Assembly (NCBI RefSeq): GCF_001457615.1
Contig: NZ_LN831024.1
Location: 60,001 to 92,000, forward strand
Direction: 5' to 3'
Length of the DNA stretch: 32,000 bases
Origin: Pseudomonas aeruginosa
Lineage (GTDB): Bacteria > Pseudomonadota > Gammaproteobacteria > Pseudomonadales > Pseudomonadaceae
Both the position numbers and the translations under genes were made by a program. Every line of letters begins with the position of its first letter. Positions within the stretch are counted from its first letter, which is position 1. Below, piece by piece: positions 15,243-23,293 of the stretch. Under the pieces are notes generated by a model. It was not told the DNA's origin and did no database searches. It saw only the letters and a list, made by a program, of their open reading frames with translations.

Positions 15243-16322
15243 ATGCCACGCCGCCTTCGCCATCCGCTTGCTGACCTTCGACTGCCCCGTTGGGTTCCCT
15301 GCCTGGCGCTGTTGGCGCTGAGCGGTTGCTCGACCGTCTCCTACTACGGGCAACTGGCCAGCGGCCAGTTCGCCCTGCTGCGCGCCCGCGAGCCGGCCGC
15401 CGCGGTGATCGCCGACCCGCAGCGCGACGCGCGCTTGCGCGAACGCCTGGCGAAGGCGGAAAAGGCCCGGCAATTCGCCAGCGAACGCCTCGGCCTGCCG
15501 GACAACCGCAGCTATCGCCTGTACGCCGATATCGGCCGGCCCTACGTGGTATGGAACGTGTTCGCCACCCCGGAGCTGTCGCTGCAGCCGGTCACCCATT
15601 GCTTCCCCATCGCCGGCTGCGTGGCCTACCGCGGCTACTACAGCGAGGCCGCCGCGCGCGCCGAGGCGGCGCGCCAGCGGGCGCTCGGCGACGACGTCTA
15701 CGTCGGCGGGGTGCAGGCCTACTCGACCCTCGGCTGGTTCGACGATCCGATCCTCAGCAGCATGCTGCGCTGGGACGACGAACGGCTGGCGACCTTGATC
15801 TTCCACGAACTGGCGCACCAGAAGTTCTACCTGCGCGACGACACCGCCTTCAACGAATCCTTCGCCACCTTCGTCGAACAGGAAGGTACCCGCCAGTGGC
15901 GCGAGTATCGTGGACTGCCGCCGGCGGACGGCCGCGAGGAGAAGCGCCGCGAGCAGTTCACCGCGCTGGTCCTGGCCAGTCGTGCGCGCCTCGAAGCACT
16001 TTATGCCGGGCCGTTGGACGATGCCGCCAAGCGTGCCGGCAAGGCTGCCGAATTCCAGCGCCTGCGCCGCGAGTACGCGGCGCTGAGCCAGCGCGAATGG
16101 GGTGGCGAGTCGCCGTTCAAGGCCTGGATCGACGCGCCGTTCAACAATGCCAAGCTGCTTCCCTTCGGCCTCTACGACCAATGGGTGGCGGCGTTCGCCG
16201 TGCTGTTCCGCCAGGTCGGCGGCAACTGGCCGGCGTTCTATGCGCGGGTCCGTGCCCTTGGCCAGCTCCCCCTGGCGGAGCGCCAGGCGGCGTTGCAGCG
16301 GCTGGCCGCCGCAGCGCCCTGA
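15243..16322 (+). CDS. Putative zinc aminopeptidase lipoprotein (DUF2265 / predicted-aminopeptidase family)
   Basis: Start set at the ATG at 15243 (MPRRLRHPLADLRLPRWVPCLALLALSG|CST, lipobox). HExxH motif in IFHELAHQKF. The SD is weak, so the start is uncertain. The track ORF extends 99 codons further upstream. Confidence 0.75.
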   Translation: MPRRLRHPLADLRLPRWVPCLALLALSGCSTVSYYGQLASGQFALLRAREPAAAVIADPQRDARLRERLAKAEKARQFASERLGLPDNRSYRLYADIGRPYVVWNVFATPELSLQPVTHCFPIAGCVAYRGYYSEAAARAEAARQRALGDDVYVGGVQAYSTLGWFDDPILSSMLRWDDERLATLIFHELAHQKFYLRDDTAFNESFATFVEQEGTRQWREYRGLPPADGREEKRREQFTALVLASRARLEALYAGPLDDAAKRAGKAAEFQRLRREYAALSQREWGGESPFKAWIDAPFNNAKLLPFGLYDQWVAAFAVLFRQVGGNWPAFYARVRALGQLPLAERQAALQRLAAAAP

Positions 16323-16329
16323 CGCCTGC

Positions 16330-17313
16330 TCAGGCGGCGAGCTGGTCGGCGTAGCACCAGCGCGTGGCCAGCCGGCCGATCGGCCAGAGAAGCGCCAACA
16401 GGCCGACGCCGAGCAGCGCCACCAGCAGCGTATAGCCGATGCCAGCGGGCGCCAGGCCGAGGATCATCAGCAGCGCCAGCCCCCCGCCGACCGCCAGCAG
16501 CGCGACGCTCCAGAGCAGCATGGCGACCACCGCGAGCAGCAGCGCGCGGCCGGCGGCGAAGCGTTGCAGGCGCGCCGGCAGGCGCGTGCAGACGGCGCCG
16601 AAGAGCAGCGCCGCGGGCAGCGCCACGCCGCTCAGGTACAGGCCGTATAGCCAAGGCTCGTCGTAGCGCAGCAGGGCGTAGGGAAGGAACTGCATCAGCT
16701 TGAAACACAGCGTGGCGAAACACAGCGCGGCGCCCAGGGCGACCTGCCAGGCAGCGACGCGGGCTTCTTCCCCTTCGGCCAGGCGCGGCGAGTTCACCCG
16801 GCTGCCGAGCAGCACCAGCCCCAGCGGCAGCAGGCTGCCCAGGAGCAGGTAGACCCAGCTCATCGCTTCGTTGAACGCCATCAGCCAGACGCCGTAGCTG
16901 GATTGCGCCGTCACCCACTGGTAGAACGGCAGCGTCAGCGGTGCCAGGCCGATCCCGGCGAGCATGCCGCAGACCAGGTTGAGCAGACCGTAGCCGATCA
17001 GCAGCAGCGCCAGCGGGCGGAACTCGACGAGCCGCCGCTTCTCGCGGTAGGCATGCAGCACCAGCAGGTTGGCCGCCGCGTAGAACACCAGGCCGGTGAA
17101 CCAGTGCGGCGCCATCAGTTGCAGGTGCTCGGAGAAACGCTGGCGGATCTCGCCGATGTCGTTGTACCACTGGATGCCCAGGCTCACGGCGAAGGACAGG
17201 CAGGTGACCAGCGCCAGCACCGCGATGAACGCATAGGGCTGGGTGGTGGCGGGCACCTCTCTGGCCGGCGGCTGCACCGGGGCGGTGGGGGTGGCGAAGG
17301 GATTGTCGGTCAT
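16330..17313 (-). CDS. Polytopic inner-membrane protein, unknown function (327 aa)
   Basis: Start set at the ATG at 17313 (AAGGA 9 nt upstream; MTDNPFATPTAP..), followed by about 8 hydrophobic helices. The upstream part of the 503-aa track ORF is Arg/Pro-rich and overlaps the HAD gene in another frame. Confidence 0.7.
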   Translation of the reverse strand: MTDNPFATPTAPVQPPAREVPATTQPYAFIAVLALVTCLSFAVSLGIQWYNDIGEIRQRFSEHLQLMAPHWFTGLVFYAAANLLVLHAYREKRRLVEFRPLALLLIGYGLLNLVCGMLAGIGLAPLTLPFYQWVTAQSSYGVWLMAFNEAMSWVYLLLGSLLPLGLVLLGSRVNSPRLAEGEEARVAAWQVALGAALCFATLCFKLMQFLPYALLRYDEPWLYGLYLSGVALPAALLFGAVCTRLPARLQRFAAGRALLLAVVAMLLWSVALLAVGGGLALLMILGLAPAGIGYTLLVALLGVGLLALLWPIGRLATRWCYADQLAA

Positions 17314-17345
17314 GTCAGGCGTCCTTGTCTGAAACGGAGCATGGG

Positions 17346-18011
17346 TCAGTGGGATTCCAACACCTGCCGCAGGGCGGCGAGGTCGGCGCAGTAATGGGTC
17401 GGCTGGTGCGCGCGCAGTTCGTCTTCGCTGCCGAAGCCGTAGCCGACGCCGATGCAGGCGACACCGTTGCGGCTGGCGCCGAGCAGGTCGTGCATGCGGT
17501 CGCCGATCATCAGGCAATGCTCCGCTGCCAGGCCTTCGCTGTCGAGCAGATGGCGGATCAGTTCGTCCTTGTGCGTGCGCGTGCCGTCCAGCTCGCTGCC
17601 GTAGATCGCCTTGAAGTGACGGTCGAAGGCGAAGTGGCGGGCGATCTCGCGGGCGAACACGCCGGGCTTGCTGGTCGCGACGTAGAGCGTGTGGCCGCGT
17701 CCGACCAGGGCTTCGAGCAGCTCGGGAATGCCGTCGAACACGCGGTTCTCGTAGAGACCGGTGACCCTGAAGCGCTCGCGGTAGTGGTTCACCGCCTCCC
17801 AGGCGCGCGCTTCGTCGAAGCCGTAGGTCTGCATGAAGCACTGCAACAGCGGGGGGCCGATGAAGTGTTCCAGGCGCGCCAGGTCCGGCTCGTCGATGCC
17901 CAGGCGGGCGAGGGCGAACTGCACCGAGCGGGTGATGCCCTCGCGTGGGTCGGTGAGGGTGCCGTCGAGATCGAAGAGGATGTTCGGGTAGCGCAGCGTG
18001 GCGTCACGCAT
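17346..18011 (-). CDS. HAD-superfamily hydrolase (phosphoglycolate-phosphatase-like)
   Basis: Motif I ILFDLDGTLTD, motif II ATSK, motif IV MIGDRMHD. The start overlaps the upstream gene's end by 8 nt. Confidence 0.85.
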   Translation of the reverse strand: MRDATLRYPNILFDLDGTLTDPREGITRSVQFALARLGIDEPDLARLEHFIGPPLLQCFMQTYGFDEARAWEAVNHYRERFRVTGLYENRVFDGIPELLEALVGRGHTLYVATSKPGVFAREIARHFAFDRHFKAIYGSELDGTRTHKDELIRHLLDSEGLAAEHCLMIGDRMHDLLGASRNGVACIGVGYGFGSEDELRAHQPTHYCADLAALRQVLESH

Positions 18012-18546
18012 GGTAGTCCTCGGCGATGTGCAGGTCCTTGAGCTTCACGTAGTTGCCGGCGGTGTAGGTGAAGAAGCCGCGCTCCTTGTCGCTCAGCGGA
18101 CGGGCCTTCTTCGCCGGGCTGCCGACGTAGAGGAAGCCGCTCTCCAGCACCTTGCCCGGCGGCACCAGGCTGCCGGCGCCGAGGATCACTTGGTCCTCGA
18201 TCACCGCGCCGTCCATGACGATCGAGCCCATCCCCACCAGCACCCGGTTGCCGATGCTGCAACCGTGCAGCAGGACCTTGTGCCCGACGGTCACTTCGTC
18301 GCCGATGCTCAGCGGAAAACCGTCCGGGTTGAAGGGGCCGGCGTGGGTGATGTGCAGCACGCTGCCGTCCTGGATGCTGCTGCGCTGGCCGATGCGGATG
18401 CGGTGCATGTCGCCGCGGATCACCACCAGCGGCCAGACCGAGCTGTCGGCGCCGATCTCGATGTCGCCGACGAGCACGGCCGAGGGATCGACGAAGACCC
18501 GCTCGCCGAGCAGTGGCGTTTTGCCCTGGTAGGAACGAATGGTCAC
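18004..18546 (-). CDS. Gamma-carbonic-anhydrase-like / left-handed beta-helix (hexapeptide repeat) protein
   Basis: Hexapeptide repeats throughout, with YrdA/PaaY-like motifs VWPLVVIRGD, HITH and IGDEVTVGH. 180 aa. Confidence 0.85.
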   Translation of the reverse strand: MTIRSYQGKTPLLGERVFVDPSAVLVGDIEIGADSSVWPLVVIRGDMHRIRIGQRSSIQDGSVLHITHAGPFNPDGFPLSIGDEVTVGHKVLLHGCSIGNRVLVGMGSIVMDGAVIEDQVILGAGSLVPPGKVLESGFLYVGSPAKKARPLSDKERGFFTYTAGNYVKLKDLHIAEDYHA

Positions 18547-18623
18547 GATAGTTTTCCTCAGGCTGCGGATGCCGCCGATTGTATTTAAGATGGTCGGGTA
18601 TTTCCTTAGCCAAGGTTGCCAAC

Positions 18624-20669
18624 GTGAGCGCGAATCCCCTTCTGCAGGCCTACGACCTGCCGCCTTTCTCCTCCATTCGCCCGGAACACGTGAAGCCGGC
18701 CATCGAGCGGATCCTCGCCGATAACCGCGCCGCCATCGCCCGCCTGCTGGAAACCCAGCGCGAGCAGCCGACCTGGAAGGGCCTGGTGCTGGCGATGGAC
18801 GAACTCAACGACCGTCTGGGCGCCGCCTGGAGTCCGGTCAGCCACCTCAACGCGGTGTGCAACAGCGCCGAGCTGCGCGAGGCCTACGAGGCCTGTCTGC
18901 CGGAGCTGTCGGCCTACTCCACCGAGCTGGGGCAGAACCGCGCCCTGTTCGAGGCCTACGAGGCGCTGGCGAAGAGCCCCGAGGCGGCCGGCTTCGACGT
19001 GGCCCAGAAAACCATCCTCGAACACGCCCTGCGCGACTTCCGCCTGTCCGGCATCGACTTGCCGGCGGACAAGCAGAAGCGCTATGCCGAGGTGCAGTCG
19101 CGCCTGTCCGAGCTGGGTAGCCGTTTCTCCAACCAGCTGCTCGACGCCACCCAGGCCTGGACCAAGCATGTCACCGACGAAGCCGCGCTGGCCGGCCTGA
19201 CCGATTCGGCCAAGGCCCAGATGAAGCAGGCCGCCGAGGCCAAGGGCCTGGACGGCTGGCTGATCAGCCTGGAGTTCCCCAGCTACTACGCGGTGATGAC
19301 CTATGCCGATGACCGCGCCCTGCGCGAAGAGGTATACGCCGCCTACTGCACCCGCGCCTCCGACCAGGGCCCGAACGCCGGGCAGAACGACAACGGTCCG
19401 GTGATGGAAGAGATCCTCGATCTGCGCCAGGAGCTGGCCGGCCTGCTCGGCTTCGCCAACTACGCCGAGCTGTCGCTGGCGACCAAGATGGCCGAGTCCA
19501 GCGACCAGGTGCTCAGCTTCCTCCGCGACCTGGCGGTGCGCAGCAAGCCGTTCGCCGCCCGCGACCTGGAGCAGCTGCGCGCCTACGCCGCCGAGCAGGG
19601 CTGCACCGAATTGCAGAGCTGGGACGCCGGCTACTACGCCGAGAAACTCCGCGAGGCGCGCTACAGCGTGTCCCAGGAGGCGCTGCGTGCCTACTTCCCG
19701 GTGGACAAGGTGCTTTCCGGCCTGTTCGCCATCGTCGAGCGCCTCTACGGCATCCAGATCCGCGAACTGCACGATTTCGAACGCTGGCACGCCGACGTAC
19801 GCCTGTTCGAGATCCTCGAGAACGGCGAGCACGTCGGCCGCTTCTACTTCGACCTCTATGCCCGCGCCAACAAGCGCGGCGGTGCCTGGATGGACGGCGC
19901 CCGCGACCGCCGGCGTGACGCCCAGGGCCGGCTGATCGACCCGGTGGCCTACCTGGTGTGCAACTTCACCCCGGCGGTGAACGGCAAGCCGGCGCTGCTG
20001 ACCCACGACGAGGTCACTACCCTGTTCCACGAGTTCGGCCATGGCCTGCACCACCTGCTGACCCGCGTCGAGCATGCCGCCGCCTCCGGGATCAACGGGG
20101 TGGCCTGGGACGCCGTCGAGCTGCCCAGCCAGTTCATGGAGAACTGGTGCTGGGAACCGGAAGGCCTGGCGCTGATCTCCGCCCACTACGAGACCGGCGA
20201 GGCGCTGCCGCAGGACCTGCTGGAGAAGATGCTGGCGGCGAAGAACTTCCAGTCCGGGATGATGATGGTCCGCCAGCTGGAGTTCTCCCTCTTCGACTTC
20301 GAGCTGCACGCCACCCACGGCGACGGCCGCAGCGTGCTGCAGGTGCTCGAGGGCATCCGCGACGAAGTGGCGGTGATGCGTCCGCCGGCGTACAACCGCT
20401 TCGCCAACAGCTTCGCGCACATCTTCGCCGGCGGCTACGCGGCCGGTTACTACAGCTACAAGTGGGCCGAGGTGCTGTCCGCCGATGCCTTCTCGCGTTT
20501 CGAGGAAGAAGGCGTGTTCAACCCCGATACCGGGCGCGCCTTCCGCGAGGCGATCCTGGCCCGCGGCGGCTCCCGCGAGCCGATGCTGTTGTTCGTCGAT
20601 TTCCGCGGTCGCGAGCCGTCCATCGACGCCCTGCTGCGTCACTCCGGGCTGGTCGGGGAGGCCGCATGA
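18624..20669 (+). CDS. prlC: Oligopeptidase A (M3 zinc metallopeptidase)
   Basis: GTG start at 18624 gives (M)SANPLLQAYDLPPFSSIRPEHV, colinear with the E. coli PrlC N-terminus. Zinc site is LFHEFGHGLHH. 681 aa. The track ORF begins 15 codons earlier. Confidence 0.9.
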   Translation: MSANPLLQAYDLPPFSSIRPEHVKPAIERILADNRAAIARLLETQREQPTWKGLVLAMDELNDRLGAAWSPVSHLNAVCNSAELREAYEACLPELSAYSTELGQNRALFEAYEALAKSPEAAGFDVAQKTILEHALRDFRLSGIDLPADKQKRYAEVQSRLSELGSRFSNQLLDATQAWTKHVTDEAALAGLTDSAKAQMKQAAEAKGLDGWLISLEFPSYYAVMTYADDRALREEVYAAYCTRASDQGPNAGQNDNGPVMEEILDLRQELAGLLGFANYAELSLATKMAESSDQVLSFLRDLAVRSKPFAARDLEQLRAYAAEQGCTELQSWDAGYYAEKLREARYSVSQEALRAYFPVDKVLSGLFAIVERLYGIQIRELHDFERWHADVRLFEILENGEHVGRFYFDLYARANKRGGAWMDGARDRRRDAQGRLIDPVAYLVCNFTPAVNGKPALLTHDEVTTLFHEFGHGLHHLLTRVEHAAASGINGVAWDAVELPSQFMENWCWEPEGLALISAHYETGEALPQDLLEKMLAAKNFQSGMMMVRQLEFSLFDFELHATHGDGRSVLQVLEGIRDEVAVMRPPAYNRFANSFAHIFAGGYAAGYYSYKWAEVLSADAFSRFEEEGVFNPDTGRAFREAILARGGSREPMLLFVDFRGREPSIDALLRHSGLVGEAA

Positions 20670-20941
20670 GCCCGGCGATCACCAGGAAGCGCTTCATCGC
20701 CGGGGCGGTCTGCCCGGCGTGCAGCGAACAGGACAAGATCCAGATGTGGGAAGAGGACGGCGTGCCGCACCGCGAATGCGTGGCCTGCGGCTACGCCGAC
20801 ACGCTCAACGCCCAGGGCCAGTCGATCCCGAAGGAGCTGGGTACGCGGGTCAACCAGAACGCGCCGAAGCCGGCCAACCCGAAGGTGCAGTCGGTGCAGT
20901 TCTTCCCCAATCCCAAGCTGAAGAAGAAGCCCGACGCCTGA
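20666..20941 (+). CDS. YheV-like putative zinc-ribbon protein (91 aa)
   Basis: ATG at 20666 overlaps the prlC TGA (ATGA). Sequence: MSPAITRKRFIAGAVCPACSEQDKIQMWEEDGVPHRECVACGYAD, with CPxC..CxxC. It is hidden in the track inside the out-of-frame ORF 19958..20941. Confidence 0.75.
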   Translation: MSPAITRKRFIAGAVCPACSEQDKIQMWEEDGVPHRECVACGYADTLNAQGQSIPKELGTRVNQNAPKPANPKVQSVQFFPNPKLKKKPDA

Positions 20942-20990
20942 CCGCTCGCCGCCGACCGGCGGCGATGGCTGTGGGCCGGGGCCCGGTGCG

Positions 20991-21012
20991 ATACTGTATC
21001 CATATACAGTAT
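20991..21012. promoter_or_regulatory. LexA SOS box (CTGT-N8-ACAG) within a 9-bp perfect inverted repeat
   Basis: ATACTGTAT-CCAT-ATACAGTAT. The core CTGTATCCATATACAG at 20994-21009 fits the gamma-proteobacterial LexA consensus CTGTATATATATACAG. It ends 18 nt before the radical-SAM ATG. Confidence 0.8.
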
Positions 21013-21029
21013 TTCGCCGGGTTCCCCTC

Positions 21030-22088
21030 ATGAGCGCTCCCCTGCCCCCGCGCGGTCGCGGTACCGCTAGCAACCCCCTCAACCGCTTCGCCCCGACCCA
21101 CAGCGAGGCCTTCGACGATGGCTGGGAGCAGGACGTGCCGCCGATCCAGCTCACCGAGGTGCGCGAGGAGATCGCCCGCACGGTGATCTCCCGCAACCAG
21201 TCGCCGGACCTCCCTTTCGATCGTTCGATCAATCCCTACCGTGGTTGCGAGCATGGCTGCATCTACTGCTATGCGCGGCCCAGCCATGCCTATTGGGACC
21301 TCTCGCCGGGGATCGATTTCGAGACCCGGCTGATCGCCAAGAGCAACGTCGCCAGCGCGCTGGAGCAGGAACTGAGCAAGCCCGGCTATCGCTGCGCGCC
21401 GATCAACCTGGGCGCCAATACCGACCCCTACCAGCCGCTGGAGCGCGAACGCCGCCTGACCCGCCAGGTGCTGGAGGTGCTGCTGCGCTTCCGTCACCCG
21501 CTGACCATCGTCACCAAGGGCTCGCTGATCCTTCGCGACCTCGACCTGCTGCGCGAACTGGCGGAGCAGAACCTGGTGGCGGTGATGATCAGCCTGACCA
21601 CCCTCGACGACGAGCTGAAGCGCATTCTCGAACCGCGCGCGGCGGCGCCCTCGGCGCGACTGCGGGCGATCCGCACGCTCAGCGGCAACGGCATCCCGGT
21701 GGGCGTGCTCTGCTCGCCGATGATCCCGATGGTCAACGACATGGAGCTGGAGCGCCTGCTCCAGGCGGCGCGGGACGCCGGCGCGCGCAGCGCCGCGTAC
21801 ATGCTCCTGCGCCTGCCGCGCGAAGTCGGCCCGCTGTTCGAGGAATGGCTGGCGGCGCACTACCCGCAACGCGCCGAGCATGTGATGAGCCTGGTCCGCC
21901 AATGCCGTGGCGGCGAGGTCTACGACAGCCGCTTCGGCCACCGCTTTCGTGGCCAGGGACCGTTCGCCGACCTGCTGGCGCAGCGTTTCGCGGTGGCGAT
22001 GAAGCGCCTCGGGCTGGACCGCCGCGAGGGCTTCGGGCTGGATTGCAGCCGGTTCGCCGTGCCGGGGGCGCAGATGGCGTTGTTCTAG
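21030..22088 (+). CDS. Radical SAM protein, SplB/'DNA repair photolyase' (COG1533)-like
   Basis: CxxxCxxC cluster motif in NPYRGCEHGCIYCYARP. N-terminal PRGRGTASNPLNRF is typical of this family as I recall it. 352 aa. Confidence 0.85.
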   Translation: MSAPLPPRGRGTASNPLNRFAPTHSEAFDDGWEQDVPPIQLTEVREEIARTVISRNQSPDLPFDRSINPYRGCEHGCIYCYARPSHAYWDLSPGIDFETRLIAKSNVASALEQELSKPGYRCAPINLGANTDPYQPLERERRLTRQVLEVLLRFRHPLTIVTKGSLILRDLDLLRELAEQNLVAVMISLTTLDDELKRILEPRAAAPSARLRAIRTLSGNGIPVGVLCSPMIPMVNDMELERLLQAARDAGARSAAYMLLRLPREVGPLFEEWLAAHYPQRAEHVMSLVRQCRGGEVYDSRFGHRFRGQGPFADLLAQRFAVAMKRLGLDRREGFGLDCSRFAVPGAQMALF

Positions 22089-22261
22089 CGTTTTCCCCGC
22101 GGTGCAGCATTTCGTATAGGGCGGAGTAGCGGCGGAGCGTGCCGGTGGCGATATCCGCCCTGCGGGAAGAACCGCTGCCGCCGGGAAGCCGGAAACGTCG
22201 GAAGCAGCCGTCCCGGCGAACGCTCGACCTTCAGGCCGGTCGGGTCAGCGCGCCAGCCCCC

Positions 22262-22290
22262 TCAACGAAACGGCGACCCGAAGGTCGCCG
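22262..22290 (-). terminator. Rho-independent terminator of the tagQ operon
   Basis: On the minus strand: CGGCGACC-TTCG-GGTCGCCG, followed by TTTCGTTGAG. Stem at 22271-22278 / 22283-22290. It lies 28 nt after the tagQ stop. Confidence 0.6.
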
Positions 22291-22317
22291 TCGCGTTCGT
22301 GCCGGTAACGAGGCCGA

Positions 22318-23232
22318 TCAGGCCTTGGCGCAGCTCGGCGGCGCCCAGTCGCCCATGTCCGGGCTGTTGCAGACTTCCCGGATCATGCCCTGGCCCTGGG
22401 AGGCCACCTTGTTGCCTTCGCTTTGCGCGTCCTGGGCCTTGCGGATGGTCTGCTCGGTGGCGACCGCTTCCTTCGGCACCTTGGGATTGCTGCCGGTCTT
22501 GGGCTTGCTGCCGCCTTTCGTAGTGCTGGCGCGGTTCTCGGCCTCGGCGACCTTGGTCACCTCGGCGCGCGGTACGCCGACCTGCTGCAGGTCTTTCTCG
22601 TAGGCCTGGGTGTAGTTGCTGATGTTCTCGCCGGCACGGCCGTTGGCGGCGACCAGCAAGGCGTTGGTCTCCTGCAGGCCGCTGACGATCTCGGCCAGGC
22701 GCTTGCGCCCTTCGGCTTCGTTGATCGACTTGTTCTTGCGACCGTCGAGCAGAGCCTTGAACTGGCTCTGGTAGCAGCTTTGCGCCGACTTGGCGTAGGC
22801 CACGCTACGGTTGATCTCGACGGTGCTGCGGTCGACGTCGGTACCGTAGGAGCCGATGCGCGCGCGGTCATCGCTGATCTGCTTCTGCTTCTCCATGTAG
22901 TAGCCCGCCGCGCCGCCGGCCAGGGCGCCGCCTGCGGCAGCGAGGGCGGCATTGCGGCCGCGGTTCTCGTCGCTGGCCAGGCCGCCGGCCAGGCCGCCCA
23001 GGAGGCCGCCGGTAATGGCGCCGGTGATGGCCGAATTGCGCACTGCGTTATCGGTGCTGCGCAGGTGCGACACCGGCTCGTAGCAGGACGGGTAGTATTC
23101 CGCGCGGGTGGTCTGGGCGACCGAGCCGACGCCGCTGCTGGCGCAGCCGCTGAGCAGCACGCCGCTGGCGGTCAACAGGCAGAGCGCGTAGCGCGCCGAG
23201 GTGATCAAACGGTTTTCGCTGGGTTGGCTCAT
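22318..23232 (-). CDS. tagQ1: TagQ outer-membrane lipoprotein (H1-T6SS threonine-phosphorylation-pathway accessory)
   Basis: Lipobox VLLSG|CASS. Gly/Ala-rich segment. Last gene of the tagF-pppA-ppkA-tagTSRQ string. Assigned from remembered synteny. Confidence 0.8.
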   Translation of the reverse strand: MSQPSENRLITSARYALCLLTASGVLLSGCASSGVGSVAQTTRAEYYPSCYEPVSHLRSTDNAVRNSAITGAITGGLLGGLAGGLASDENRGRNAALAAAGGALAGGAAGYYMEKQKQISDDRARIGSYGTDVDRSTVEINRSVAYAKSAQSCYQSQFKALLDGRKNKSINEAEGRKRLAEIVSGLQETNALLVAANGRAGENISNYTQAYEKDLQQVGVPRAEVTKVAEAENRASTTKGGSKPKTGSNPKVPKEAVATEQTIRKAQDAQSEGNKVASQGQGMIREVCNSPDMGDWAPPSCAKA

Positions 23233-23293
23233 TGCATCTCACTCCTGGTTTGATGAACCGCCCGGCTGCCGAGAGGGGCCGGACGGAACTCCT

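Noticed and set aside
16330-17841. Upstream extensions of several track ORFs: 16330..17841 beyond 17313, 14946..16322 before 15243, 10616..11626 beyond 11536, 30758..31705 beyond 31438, 13358.. before 13412, 18579.. before 18624
   Set aside because: In each case the family-typical N-terminus or signal peptide, preceded by an SD, starts at the internal codon. The extensions overlap neighbouring genes or are Arg/Pro-rich.
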